The notes beneath the pieces are model-generated. The model was not told where the DNA came from. It saw only the letters and a list, made by a program, of their open reading frames with translations, and did not search any database. Shown here one piece after another: positions 29,241 through 39,085 of a DNA stretch of 64,000 nt. How positions within the stretch are numbered: position 1 is the stretch's first letter; each line of letters begins with the position of its first letter. This DNA comes from Spirochaetia bacterium (lineage in GTDB: Bacteria > Spirochaetota > Spirochaetia > SZUA-6 > Bin103). The stretch is from the NCBI GenBank assembly GCA_965208575.1, contig CBDBOV010000005.1, positions 832,001 through 896,000 of the forward strand, read 5' to 3'. A program made the position numbers and the translations under genes.

Positions 29241-29292
29241 GGCGCAGCGTAGCCCATCTCGCACGGGCGTGCAAACCAAACGTTCCAGATAC
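29241..29292 (-). promoter_or_regulatory. Conserved leaderless promoter of the Uma2 genes (also 30442-30492 and 40148-40200)
   Basis: Minus strand TATCTGGAAC...TT(G/A)CA(C/T)-17bp-TACGCT-6nt-ATG in all three copies. Confidence 0.7.
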
Positions 29293-29300
29293 GCAGGAGC

Positions 29301-29430
29301 GCGCGACCTGCACGACCCGTGGCTGCGCGGCAGCGGCTCCGGCGCCGCCGACCTCGGCACCGGCCGCATGAGCGCCCGCGCCATCGAATGCGCCCGCCGC
29401 GCCCTGCAAAAGGCCAACCGCTCCAGCTGA
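29301..29430 (+). repeat. 130-bp duplicate of the permease 3' end (27411-27540)
   Basis: Direct repeat with 6 substitutions counted by eye. Confidence 0.92.
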
Positions 29431-29469
29431 CGACGTACGCTCCGGTGACTGTCGGCTGACCGGGTGAGG

Positions 29470-30441
29470 TCAGCCGCGCTGGTCGCGCAATCGGCGGAGC
29501 GCGGCCAGGAAGTCGGTCTCATCCGTGCAGCCGAGCGCCGCCTCCAGCAGCACCTCCTCGGATGCCGCGGCGAATGCGTCGGCGGCGGCCGGGAACCTCG
29601 GCGACACCGCGATGCCCCGTGACAGCAATATCTGACGGACCATCCGCGCCCGGCCATGCTCGAACCCTTGGCGCCGTTGCGAGCGCAGCAGCGGGTCATC
29701 GTCCGGGCCGGTGCCTTCCCGCGCACCGAGCGCCGCGGCAACCCGTTCCACCGCCGCGCTCGTCTGCGCCGACGGCACCGGCTCGTTCAGCGCCAGGTGA
29801 ATCTCCTCGGCCCGCCAGCCGGGAAACGCCCGGCTCTCGGTTGCAACCCGGAACCGGCCGTGCTTGAGCAGGTGAATGGTCAGTCCCGGGCGGCGCCGGT
29901 GCGGCCGGCTCGGCGACGGCGTGTCCGGCACCTCTACCCACACTTCCGGGAAGCCCCACGACTCGTACAGCGCCAGCTTGCCGCGGTGCACGTCGGTGGT
30001 GTGATCCACCTCCAGCACGACGTCGGGAAAGTCGTCCTCGCCCACCACCATGGCGGCCCCCGGCAGCCTGGCCTGCGCGGGATGCAGGTACACCGACTCG
30101 TCGGCCTGCATGATGCGCCGCGGTTCGCCGCCGGGGTCGCGCAGCAGCAGGTCGGTCGAGCCGTACGACTCGATCGGCGAGCCGCGCACTTCGGCGATGC
30201 GCTCGGCCAAGCGCGTCAGGAGGCGCGACGGTCGCTCGTGGTAGGAGGTGGCGGGCTCGCAGATCCAGGCGGTCTCGGTGGCAGAATCCCAGTACTCGAG
30301 CCGTCCCTCGAAGCGTTCGATCTCGGTGCGCGGCAGGTGCACCGGCGTGCAGCCCGGGAACGCCGGCGGCCCGGCGGGCTCGGCGGGCCGGGGTTGCGCT
30401 GCCTGGTAGCGCCCGGTGGGCGGTGCTTTGGTGCTGGCCAT
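29470..30441 (-). CDS. Uma2-family nuclease, copy 2 (no repeat expansion)
   Basis: Near-identical core to copy 1; QGFEHGRARMVRQIL tail; start MASTKAPP. Confidence 0.85.
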   Translation of the reverse strand: MASTKAPPTGRYQAAQPRPAEPAGPPAFPGCTPVHLPRTEIERFEGRLEYWDSATETAWICEPATSYHERPSRLLTRLAERIAEVRGSPIESYGSTDLLLRDPGGEPRRIMQADESVYLHPAQARLPGAAMVVGEDDFPDVVLEVDHTTDVHRGKLALYESWGFPEVWVEVPDTPSPSRPHRRRPGLTIHLLKHGRFRVATESRAFPGWRAEEIHLALNEPVPSAQTSAAVERVAAALGAREGTGPDDDPLLRSQRRQGFEHGRARMVRQILLSRGIAVSPRFPAAADAFAAASEEVLLEAALGCTDETDFLAALRRLRDQRG

Positions 30442-30676
30442 GACGCCAGCGTAACCGATCTCGCGCAGGCATGTAAACCGAACGTTCCAGATATGCAGCT
30501 TACCCGTAGCTGCTCGATCGGCGTTCGTCCGCCATGTGGTGCCCCGGTTCAGAGCTGCTCCTCGATCCACCTGTCATCGTGCGCGCGGTACGAGTGGAGA
30601 TCACTCCATCAGTCGGACAAGCCCATGCAAAGAGCAAGCGCTCGATTGAGGCGCAGCAACTCCCGGCTGTCCAAGC

Positions 30677-31128
30677 GGCAACGTCGGCAAGCGCCTGGTG
30701 CGCGCACCCAAGATCTACATCCGCGACAGCGGCCTGGTGCACGCGCTCCTGGATGTCGCCGAATACCACGATCTGTTGGGGCACCCGGTGGTAGGGTCCA
30801 GTTGGGAGGGATTCGTGATCGAGCATCTGATCGCGCCCGCCGGCTGGCGGTGCATCCCCTACTACTACCGGACCCACTCCGGCGCCGGGATCGACCTGCT
30901 GTTCGAACGCGGTGGCCGGGTGGAGGCGGCGATCGAGATCAAGCGATCGGCGGCGGCCAGCGTGTCGCGCGGTTTTCACGCCGGCTGCGCGGTGCTGCAG
31001 CCGCGCGCAAGTACCTCGTACACGGCGCCGACGGCGCCGACGCGGACGGGGACACTTGGCCGGCGCCGGGCAGAGTGACCGTGATCGGCCTGCGCGCGCT
31101 CGCCGAGCGGCTTGCCGGGCAGGCGTGA
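30677..31128 (+). pseudogene. C-terminal fragment of an AAA+/DUF4143-type ATPase
   Basis: GNVGKRLVRAPKIYIRDSGLVHALL, GSSWEGFVIE, YYRT..G..IDLL, IEIKRS; frameshift near 31008; no N-terminus. Confidence 0.8.
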
Positions 31129-31290
31129 TACGCGGCTCATTCAAGGAATCAACTTGACCTTATGCGGGGGCGGCCGCCTCGGTGCCGACGCCGCCGGGCC
31201 GGTATAGGTGCATCGTGCCACCATCTGGAGTGGGCAAGCAGACCGGCTGCTCCAGACCCGCCGGAGTCGAACGCATCGAAAAGCGTGAAT

Positions 31291-31319
31291 TTGACAGCGT
31301 GCGGCGGGCGGCGTAAGGT
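31291..31319 (+). promoter_or_regulatory. Sigma70-type promoter of the SBP operon
   Basis: TTGACA-17bp-TAAGGT. Confidence 0.65.
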
Positions 31320-31347
31320 GGAGCGCTCAGGGATCCGGAACTTGGTG

Positions 31348-31424
31348 TGCCGCCCTCACCGACCGAGAGGCGCTCGTGACGCGAGCGCGGCGAGGGGCCG
31401 GCAAGTGGAATCGGTGCTCTCGAA
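31348..31424 (+). ncRNA. Candidate structured 5' leader motif, copy B
   Basis: TGCCG-CCCTCACC pairs with GGCGAGGG-GC-CGGCA; CGCGAGCGC (31380-88) pairs with GTGCTCTCG (31414-22). Confidence 0.45.
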
Positions 31425-31445
31425 CCAATCAACAATGGAGGAATC

Positions 31446-33290
31446 TTGATGAGATTTTCAGGAAAGGCATTCGCACTTGTGCTGGTCGTCGGCCTGGCCG
31501 CAACCGGCCTGTGGGCCGCCGGCGAAGAAGAGCAGCCGGCAGCCGCCGCCGACAAGAAGTACGTGACCGACCCGGTCACCGGCACGGTGTACTCCGCGCC
31601 GGAGTATGGCGGCACACTCATCTACGTATTCAGAAGCACGGTTGAGCCTCGTGACCCCTGGTTTGGTAGTGGAGCCGGTCAAATCATGAGTGCCCCGCTG
31701 GAGAAACTGGGCACGGTGGACTGGGCCATAGACAGGGACATGTTTCATTTCGTCGGCGGCTATGCGCCGCCGCTGTCCGCCCTTACCGGGGCGCTGGCGG
31801 AGAGCTGGGAACAGCCCGACGCCACCACCTATGTCTTCCACATCCGCCAGGGCGTCCACTGGCATGACAAGCCGCCAATGAACGGGCGGGAACTCACTGC
31901 CGAAGATGTCGAGTTCAACTTTCACCGCATGTTGGGCAACAAACTGACCGGGACCCGGTTCAGCGAAGCCGAACCTTCCCCGGCGGCAGGAGCCCTCGGA
32001 ACCTTGCCCTGGGAATCGGTAACGGCCACCGACGATGGGACGGTAGTCATGAAGCTCACGGAGCCAAGACTGCGTGCCGAACAGCATATGTTGGACCAGA
32101 GATATGTGTTCATACAGCCACCCGAGGTAATCGAGCAACACGGGGACATGCAGGATTGGAGGAATATCGTCGGTACCGGGCCCTTCATGCTGACCGACTT
32201 TGTCCCGGACAGCTCCCTGACCTTCACCAAGAATCCCAACTACTGGGGCTTCGACGAGAAGTACCCGGACAACCGCTTGCCCTACGTTGACGAGCTGAAG
32301 GCGCTGTATATGGAGGAATATGCAACCATCATGGCGGCACTGCGCTCGGGTCAGGCCGACTGCGCATGTTGGCAGGGCAACTCCCAAATAGCGACCGTAG
32401 ACCAGGCAGAGAGCCTCATGCGGACCAACCCGGAGCTGGTGGTGATCCCGTTTTTCCAGCGGGCGAATCATGGCACCAAGATCAACACGGCCAAGCCACC
32501 CTTTGACGACATCCGGGTGCGCCGGGCGATGCAGATGGCACTCGACCTTGAGACCATCAACGCTACCTACTTCAAGGGTTTTGCGGATACGACACCCATG
32601 GGGCTGGTGAACAGAGATTTCTGTGCCACGGGGTACTGCGTCCCGTTCGAAGACTGGCCCGAAGAGATCAAGCAATACTACCGGTATGACCCGGAAGGGG
32701 CCGAGAAGCTGCTCGATGAGGCTGGGCTTCCCCGTGGCACGGACGGCACCAGATTCGAAACCACCTATCTGACCATCTCGAGTCACGATGTGAGCTGGCC
32801 GGAATTATTGGGCGGATACTGGGGCGCCGTTGGCATCAAGCTCAATATTCAGCCAATCCCCATTGGTGAACTGATCCCCCGATTGACAGCGGCACGCCCG
32901 GTCCGCGCTGGCGGGGGTATTGGTGACTGGGACATGTGGGTAGGTTCTACCGGCGCCAAGGGTGAGCCGTGGCAGCAGATGTCCATGTCTTACGGCGGTT
33001 CTACCGGGTGGCACCAGATACCACAGCACGACGCGCAATATGACGCCCTGTATGACGAAATGGTAGCCGCTGCCACCGTGGCGGCGCAGACCAGGCCGAT
33101 CAGAGAGATGGACATGCGCCACCTGGAGCAGCACTGGATGATCTGGGGGCCCGAGGCTCCGCAGTTTGCCGTGCATCAGCCGTGGCTGATGGGCTATGGC
33201 GGCGAAGGCGCCTTCGGATCGCAACAGTACTTGAATGTATGGGCCCGTCTCTGGGTCGACAGCCAGCTCAAGGCAGAAATGAATCGATAG
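31446..33290 (+). CDS. ABC transporter family-5 substrate-binding protein
   Basis: Signal peptide, YVTDPVTG..APEYGGT, GVHWHDKPPMNGRE, PFDDIRVRRAMQMALD. Confidence 0.93.
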   Translation: MMRFSGKAFALVLVVGLAATGLWAAGEEEQPAAAADKKYVTDPVTGTVYSAPEYGGTLIYVFRSTVEPRDPWFGSGAGQIMSAPLEKLGTVDWAIDRDMFHFVGGYAPPLSALTGALAESWEQPDATTYVFHIRQGVHWHDKPPMNGRELTAEDVEFNFHRMLGNKLTGTRFSEAEPSPAAGALGTLPWESVTATDDGTVVMKLTEPRLRAEQHMLDQRYVFIQPPEVIEQHGDMQDWRNIVGTGPFMLTDFVPDSSLTFTKNPNYWGFDEKYPDNRLPYVDELKALYMEEYATIMAALRSGQADCACWQGNSQIATVDQAESLMRTNPELVVIPFFQRANHGTKINTAKPPFDDIRVRRAMQMALDLETINATYFKGFADTTPMGLVNRDFCATGYCVPFEDWPEEIKQYYRYDPEGAEKLLDEAGLPRGTDGTRFETTYLTISSHDVSWPELLGGYWGAVGIKLNIQPIPIGELIPRLTAARPVRAGGGIGDWDMWVGSTGAKGEPWQQMSMSYGGSTGWHQIPQHDAQYDALYDEMVAAATVAAQTRPIREMDMRHLEQHWMIWGPEAPQFAVHQPWLMGYGGEGAFGSQQYLNVWARLWVDSQLKAEMNR

Positions 33291-33329
33291 CTGCCAGGTT
33301 TCGCCGAGTCCGGCGGAACTTTGGGATGA

Positions 33330-33361
33330 GGGAGCTGGGAGGCGCCGCGCTTCCAGCTCCC
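33330..33361 (+). other. Intercistronic stem-loop
   Basis: GGGAGCTGGGAG...CTTCCAGCTCCC. Confidence 0.6.
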
Positions 33362-33478
33362 GATCCGAAAGTGCTGGCCAGCCGCCGATGGTTGAGCTTC
33401 GATTTTCATCGTATTCGTGTCACGGAGTGACCCTTGCCGCCTGTGCATTGACGGGGAAATCGTCATGAGGAGTTGGAG

Positions 33479-34492
33479 GTGAGAGCCTATATTGTCAGGC
33501 GGTTACTGCTCATCATCCCCACTCTGTTCATCCTGACCATCCTGGTCTTTCTCCTGGTCCGCTTCATCCCCGGCGATGTCATAGACATCATAGAAGGTCG
33601 CATGTTCTACGAGGGCGGCCAGACCGACGACATCGACCTGGACCGTGAAGCGGTGGAGCGTATGCTGGGATTGGACGTGCCGGTGTACGTGCAGTACGGA
33701 CGCTGGATGGGAGTGTTGCCGACCCCTCACTGGATGACCGGTGAGCCTCGCTTCAACGGTCTGTTGCAGGGCTCCCTCGGCGACTCCCTGTTCGGCGGTC
33801 TCACCGTGCGGCAGAGAATCATCGCCAGCCTGCCGGTAACGATCGAGCTCGGCCTCATAGCAATCGTGCTCGGGCAGTTGATAGCGCTGCCGGTCGGCAT
33901 CTACTCGGCGATTCGCCAGGATACGCCCGCCGACTACGCCGGTCGCACCATCGCCGTCATCGGCATGGCAACGCCCAACTTCTGGCTCGGCATCATGGTC
34001 ATGATCTTCCCGGCAATCTGGTGGGGCTGGGCGCCGCCGCTGCAATTCATTTCTCTCCTGGAAGACCCACTGGGGAATCTCGGGATTCTCATCATTCCGG
34101 GCGTCATTCTCGGCACCGCCCTGTCCGCCGGCATGATGCGGATGACGCGTACCATGATGCTGGAGGTACTCAGGCAGGACTATATCAGGACTGCCCGGTC
34201 GAAGGGCCTCAAGGACCGGGTAGTTATCATGCGACACGCCGTCAAGAATGCCCTCATCCCGATCGTTACCCTGGTAGGCATGCAGTTGCCGATCCTGGTC
34301 GGTGGCTCGGTTATCATGGAGAGCATATTCAACCTGCCGGGGTTGGGTGGTCTCCTGGTGCGTGCACTCACCGAGCGAGACTACCCGATGGTGTCCGGAG
34401 TCAACCTGGTGTTCGCCGGTGTCGTTCTGTTGAACAACCTGTTTATCGACCTGCTCTACCCCTATCTGGACCCGAGGGTGCGGTATCGATGA
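33479..34492 (+). CDS. DppB-type ABC permease
   Basis: GTG-RAYIVRR after GGAG; MLEVLRQDYIRTARSKGL; YLDPRVRY. Confidence 0.93.
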   Translation: MRAYIVRRLLLIIPTLFILTILVFLLVRFIPGDVIDIIEGRMFYEGGQTDDIDLDREAVERMLGLDVPVYVQYGRWMGVLPTPHWMTGEPRFNGLLQGSLGDSLFGGLTVRQRIIASLPVTIELGLIAIVLGQLIALPVGIYSAIRQDTPADYAGRTIAVIGMATPNFWLGIMVMIFPAIWWGWAPPLQFISLLEDPLGNLGILIIPGVILGTALSAGMMRMTRTMMLEVLRQDYIRTARSKGLKDRVVIMRHAVKNALIPIVTLVGMQLPILVGGSVIMESIFNLPGLGGLLVRALTERDYPMVSGVNLVFAGVVLLNNLFIDLLYPYLDPRVRYR

Positions 34493-35403
34493 GGCGCTCT
34501 CCGGTGCGTGACACCACCCGGCATGGCGGGCTGGCCGATTTCCTTATCAGGCTGGTCAGGGAGAAGCCGCTGGGTGCTGCCAGCGGGATCGTGGTATTGC
34601 TGTTGATTCTGGTAAGTGTCTTTGCCGATCTGCTGGCCCCTTATCCGATGGACGAACAACACCTGGTAGACCGGCTGCAGCCGCCATCGGCGCGCTATCT
34701 GCTGGGAACCGACCAGTTGGGGCGGGACTTCCTGAGTCGCCTCATCTACGCCGCTCGTCTTTCGCTGGGGGTCGGTCTGGCGGCGACCACGGTCAACGTC
34801 GTGGTCGCGTTCCTGGTCGGCGGCACCTCGGGATTCCTCGGTGGCAAGTTCGACCTGGTGGTGCAGCGGTTCGTCGATGCCTGGATGGCGTTCCCGGGAC
34901 TGCTCATACTGCTCACCGTGATGTCCATAACCGGGCCGGGTTTGCCGCAGATCATCCTGGTCCTGGGGATCTCGGGAGGCATCGCCGGCTCGCGGGTGCT
35001 GCGCAGCGCAGTCATCGGCGTGAAGGAGGGGGTCTACTTTCAGGCGGCAGAGGCGGCCGGCAGCACCAGGTGGAGCACACTCATCCGGCATGTCCTGCCC
35101 AATATCGCCGCTCCGGTGATCGTCATCTTCAGCATCAACGTCGGCGGGGTGATCATGGCCGAGGCTTCCCTGAGCTTCCTGGGATTCGGTCTGCCTGCCC
35201 AGATTCCGAGCTGGGGAGGGATGCTCAGCAGAGATGGGCGCACCCACATGGAGGTAGCCCCCTGGCTGGCGCTCTGGCCCGGTCTCTGCCTGACGGTAGT
35301 CGTGTACGTCCTGAACATGTTCGGCGATGCCATGCGCGACCTGCTCGACCCGCGGCTCAGAGGTAGTGGTGCGCGTCTCGGCGACGATTCCGCCACCTAC
35401 TGA
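34489..35403 (+). CDS. DppC-type ABC permease
   Basis: ATG overlaps the upstream stop; LGTDQLGRD, GDAMRDLLDPRLRG. Confidence 0.93.
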   Translation: MRRSPVRDTTRHGGLADFLIRLVREKPLGAASGIVVLLLILVSVFADLLAPYPMDEQHLVDRLQPPSARYLLGTDQLGRDFLSRLIYAARLSLGVGLAATTVNVVVAFLVGGTSGFLGGKFDLVVQRFVDAWMAFPGLLILLTVMSITGPGLPQIILVLGISGGIAGSRVLRSAVIGVKEGVYFQAAEAAGSTRWSTLIRHVLPNIAAPVIVIFSINVGGVIMAEASLSFLGFGLPAQIPSWGGMLSRDGRTHMEVAPWLALWPGLCLTVVVYVLNMFGDAMRDLLDPRLRGSGARLGDDSATY

Positions 35404-37382
35404 GTTGCGATCCGAGTGCGCAATACCTGGACGGCGGCATCGAGGCTGGCCGGCGACATCAGGTACAAGCCGGCCCACTCGTCGCGCGCCACCCACTCTA
35501 TCTGGCTGACCGCCAACTCCAAGCCGGCGCGGGCCTGATCGGCGGGCTGTTCGAACGCCGCCAATCGCTGCATCACCTGGTCCGGCACCTCCACCCCCGG
35601 CACGGCACCGAAGCGCTGGGCATGGGCCAGGCTGGTCAACACCATCACGCCCACGAGAATAGGGATCTCGGCACGAAACGCCTCCAGTGCGGCAAGGGCC
35701 TGCACCCGAAACACCGGCTGCGTCATGATGTAGTCGACGCCGTTGGCGACTTTGTCGCGCAACCGGCGCAACTCCCGTTGACCGTCAATCGCCTCGGGCT
35801 CGAAGCCGGCGCCGATGGTGAAGTGGGTGTGCGGGGCGTTGCTGCGCGCCAGGGGCTGGCCACCGAAGTCGACCCCGGCGTTCAGTTGGCTATGCACGCG
35901 GCTGATCAGCTCGACCGAGTCCATGTCGAACACGGCCGTCGAGGTGGGGTAGGTCGGCGACATCTTGGGCGGGTCGCCGGTTATCAACAAGACGTTGCGA
36001 ATGCGCCGTTGGTGATAGCCAATGAGCCGACTCTGAACCCCCATCGCGTTGAGGTCACGGGTCGTGAAGTGGGGGATGAACTCCAGCGGGTCCTCGTCGG
36101 ACTCCGACCAACCCAGACCGCGACGAATAAGGTCCACCAGGTCGCCGGGTGGCATAAGTGGCAGGCCGCGCGAGCCGTCGGTGATGTCTACCGCGTCGGC
36201 CAGGCCCGAGGCAGCCAGGTCGCGTACGAAATCCACCTTGCGCTGCAGCGTCACGCTGCCGACCCCGCGCGGCGGCATGAGCTCGACGCTAACCGCGAAG
36301 GCGCCGCCCTTGATCTTGCGCGTAAATCCACCGTTGGCGAGTTTTTGGGCATCGTCGGCTGGTTGGCGCGCGAGCTTGGCGAGCCCGGTAAGCCCGTCGG
36401 CCAACGTCGAGTCTGGCGCCGGCGTACCGGCCGAGCCGGCAATCGAGCTCGCGGCCACCGCCCCGCCGGCGCGCAGGTAGGAATACATCTCCCGGACGTG
36501 CGGCGGGTGCACCTCGCAACATCCGCCCACCAGCGCCGCCCCCCGCTGCACCAACTCGCGGGCGGTTCGGCCCATGTACTCAGGGTTTACCTGCGACATG
36601 AAACGCTGACCGATGCGCTCGAAGCCACCGGCATTCGGCATCGCTGAAAGGGGGATGCCTGCCTCACCTGATGCGCGTGCGGCCTGCAGGGTTGCGACGA
36701 AGGCCAGCGCCTCCCACGGTGCACAGCAGTTGACGCCCACCACGGCCGCACCCGCGGCGGTAAGCCGCTCGACGTAGGCGACCGGGTCGTGGTTCCAGCC
36801 GTTGCTGCCCTGGTTCTGGCGAATCGCCAGGTGGGCGATTACTGGCGGCGCCTGGTCGTGCGCGCGTATGAACCTTGTGAGATTTTCGAGCGCGCCAGGG
36901 CTGGAGAAGGTCTCCAGCAGCACGGCATCCACACCCTCGGCCAGCAGCGCCTCCACCTGCACGCCGTAGGCTGCCGGAACGTCAACGTCCTGGTCGTCCT
37001 GGTCGTCCTGGTTCACCGGACCGATCGACCCCAGCACCAGGGCATCCGCACCCCCGGCGGCGATTGCCTCGCGCACCAGTTGCACGGCGCGGCGGTTCAA
37101 TTCCTGAGTGCGGTCGGCAAGTCCGAATCGGGCCAGGCTTGGCTGGTTGGCGCCGAACGTGTTGGTGGCGAGCGCCGACGAACCGCCGCGCAGGTAGGCG
37201 GCATGTACGCTGCGCACCAGGTCGGGATTCTCGACGGTGAGTGCTTCGTAGACATGATTGGTCTCGGACAGCCGACCGGTCAGGGCAAACAGCAGCGAGC
37301 CGATGGCACCGTCGGCCAGCACCGGGCCGGCGGCGAGCCGGTCAGTGAGTCGGTCGGAGAGCGCAGATGCAGACGTGGCCAC
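35397..37382 (-). CDS. Bifunctional homocysteine S-methyltransferase / methylenetetrahydrofolate reductase (YitJ-like)
   Basis: LADGAIG, TNTFGAN, GVNC, PNAG, GGCC (HMT domain); VELMPP, HFTTRD.N, ITGDPP, IMTQPVF (MTHFR domain); start approximate. Confidence 0.88.
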   Translation of the reverse strand: MATSASALSDRLTDRLAAGPVLADGAIGSLLFALTGRLSETNHVYEALTVENPDLVRSVHAAYLRGGSSALATNTFGANQPSLARFGLADRTQELNRRAVQLVREAIAAGGADALVLGSIGPVNQDDQDDQDVDVPAAYGVQVEALLAEGVDAVLLETFSSPGALENLTRFIRAHDQAPPVIAHLAIRQNQGSNGWNHDPVAYVERLTAAGAAVVGVNCCAPWEALAFVATLQAARASGEAGIPLSAMPNAGGFERIGQRFMSQVNPEYMGRTARELVQRGAALVGGCCEVHPPHVREMYSYLRAGGAVAASSIAGSAGTPAPDSTLADGLTGLAKLARQPADDAQKLANGGFTRKIKGGAFAVSVELMPPRGVGSVTLQRKVDFVRDLAASGLADAVDITDGSRGLPLMPPGDLVDLIRRGLGWSESDEDPLEFIPHFTTRDLNAMGVQSRLIGYHQRRIRNVLLITGDPPKMSPTYPTSTAVFDMDSVELISRVHSQLNAGVDFGGQPLARSNAPHTHFTIGAGFEPEAIDGQRELRRLRDKVANGVDYIMTQPVFRVQALAALEAFRAEIPILVGVMVLTSLAHAQRFGAVPGVEVPDQVMQRLAAFEQPADQARAGLELAVSQIEWVARDEWAGLYLMSPASLDAAVQVLRTRIATQ

Positions 37383-37520
37383 GATGCGATGATTATGTAC
37401 CAACCAGCCGGCTATCCCCATATCCCCTTCAGGTAAGCAAGGCGTGGCACACCAACCGCCGGCAGGCCGGTTGGGCCGGAAGCGGCGCCGGAGGCGGCGG
37501 TTCCGGGGCGCTAGCGGCTG

Positions 37521-38549
37521 CTACCGGTCGCGGGTCGGATCAGGGCTGACTCGAACCAGCAGCTTACCGAAATTCCTGCCCTGCATCATGCCGATGAACG
37601 CATCGGGCGCCTTCTCCAGCCCCTCCACGAGGTCTTCGCGGTACTTGACTTGGCCACCGCGAACCCACCAGGCCAGCAGGGCCAGTGCCTCCTCGTGGCG
37701 ATCCTGATACTGACCTTGGTTCATTCCCACCATGTGGGCCAGGCCGCCCTGCACGTAGCGGTTGATGCGGGTGCCCTGCAGCGAGCCGGGCGGGTCGTTG
37801 TACTCGGCAATGGAACCGCACAGGGGAATTCGCGCGCCGCGGTTGATCTGCGCCAGCACCGCGTCCAGGACCGGCCCACCGACGTTGTCGAAGTAGACGT
37901 CGACACCGTCGGGGCAGGCCTTGGCCAGCGCCCCGTCCAGATCGCCGGCACGGTAGTTGACGGCTGCGTCAAAGCCCAGTTCCTCGACGACGTAGTCGCA
38001 CTTCTCGTCGCTGCCGGCGATACCCACCGCGCGGCAGTTCTTGATCTTGGCGATTTGTCCGACCACCGCGCCGACCGCGCCCGCTGCCGCCGAAACCACA
38101 ACCGTCTCGCCGGCGACCGGTTGGCCTACTGCCAGCAGCCCGAAATAGGCGGTCACGCCCGGCATCCCGACCACGCCCAGCGACGTCGATATCGGCACCA
38201 AGTCGGGATCCAGGACGCGCAGCTCGGCTCCCGGAGCCACGCCGTAACTCTGCCAGCCGTAACCGCCCACGTACTGGCACACCAATTGGCCGGCAGCGAA
38301 GGCCGGGTGGCGCGAGGCCACTACCTCACCGACCACGCCGCCAGACGGAACCTTGCCGACCGACTTGGGATTGCCCATCCCTCCCCTCATATAGGGGTCC
38401 AAGGACAGGTAAATGGTACGCACCATGACCTCGCCGTCACCGGGTTGGGGGAGCGGACTCTCTACCAGCTCGAAGTCGTCCGGTGCCGGCATGCCCTGTG
38501 CGACGCGGCGCAACACGATGCGTTTGTTGGTCTCAACATTTTCACCCAT
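37521..38549 (-). CDS. NADP-dependent oxidoreductase (CurA/PTGR-like MDR)
   Basis: YLSLDPYMRG, GMPGVTAYFGL, SAAAGAVG, DVYFDNVGG, NFGKLLV; TAGACT -10 box 7 nt upstream. Confidence 0.92.
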   Translation of the reverse strand: MGENVETNKRIVLRRVAQGMPAPDDFELVESPLPQPGDGEVMVRTIYLSLDPYMRGGMGNPKSVGKVPSGGVVGEVVASRHPAFAAGQLVCQYVGGYGWQSYGVAPGAELRVLDPDLVPISTSLGVVGMPGVTAYFGLLAVGQPVAGETVVVSAAAGAVGAVVGQIAKIKNCRAVGIAGSDEKCDYVVEELGFDAAVNYRAGDLDGALAKACPDGVDVYFDNVGGPVLDAVLAQINRGARIPLCGSIAEYNDPPGSLQGTRINRYVQGGLAHMVGMNQGQYQDRHEEALALLAWWVRGGQVKYREDLVEGLEKAPDAFIGMMQGRNFGKLLVRVSPDPTRDR

Positions 38550-38663
38550 GTCAGCGAGTCTACCACAACGCGCGGCAGCGGCTGAGTCCATCGGTGCGGT
38601 CAGCCGCCCGCCGCTGAGTCCATCGGGCGCCGGGCGTCCGAATCCGCGTCCAGGCGGCGCGAC

Positions 38664-38982
38664 CTGGATGAGGCTGGGTATCCGCGCGGCGCCGATGGCA
38701 CGAGATTCAAGACCACCCTGAATTACGGGGCTTGGGCAACCTTGGACTATGCAGAGATAGCTGCCGCCTACTGGGCTGCGATTGGCGTCGATGTTGAGAT
38801 TGATGCACTTACCAGTGCCGAATATCACGAGAGGCTGTGGTCGCGTACCGGGGAAGGCATTTACAGCGCCATTGCGGGTCGTCTACAGTTTCAACATGTT
38901 GGGTGATGCGATGCGCGACCTGCTCGATCCGCGGCTGCGCGGCGGGGGGCGTCTGGCTGCCGGCGGCGCCGTCTACCGTTGA
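38664..38982 (+). pseudogene. Collapsed SBP-permease operon relic (internal SBP fragment fused to last permease tail)
   Basis: LDEAGYPRGADGTRFKTTL...YAEIAAAYWAAIGVDVEI followed out of frame by VVYSFNMLGDAMRDLLDPRLRG. Confidence 0.85.
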
Positions 38983-39085
38983 CGAGTGCCCCCAGGTTCG
39001 CCGCCGCGGCGAGAATGCCGGGTCACGGGGGTACGGAGTGACGCTTGTCCGGCTGCGCGGGCGAGGTCAGCGGCGCGGGGCCGCG

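Noticed and set aside
29241-29741. N-terminal extension making Uma2 copy 1 a 522-aa protein
   Set aside because: Runs through the promoter, the duplicated permease tail and copy 2; the paralogues start at M(A/S)STKAPP.
38581-38626. Direct repeat GCTGAGTCCATCGG x2
   Set aside because: Could be an operator or a scar, but two copies with no other occurrence noticed give too little support.
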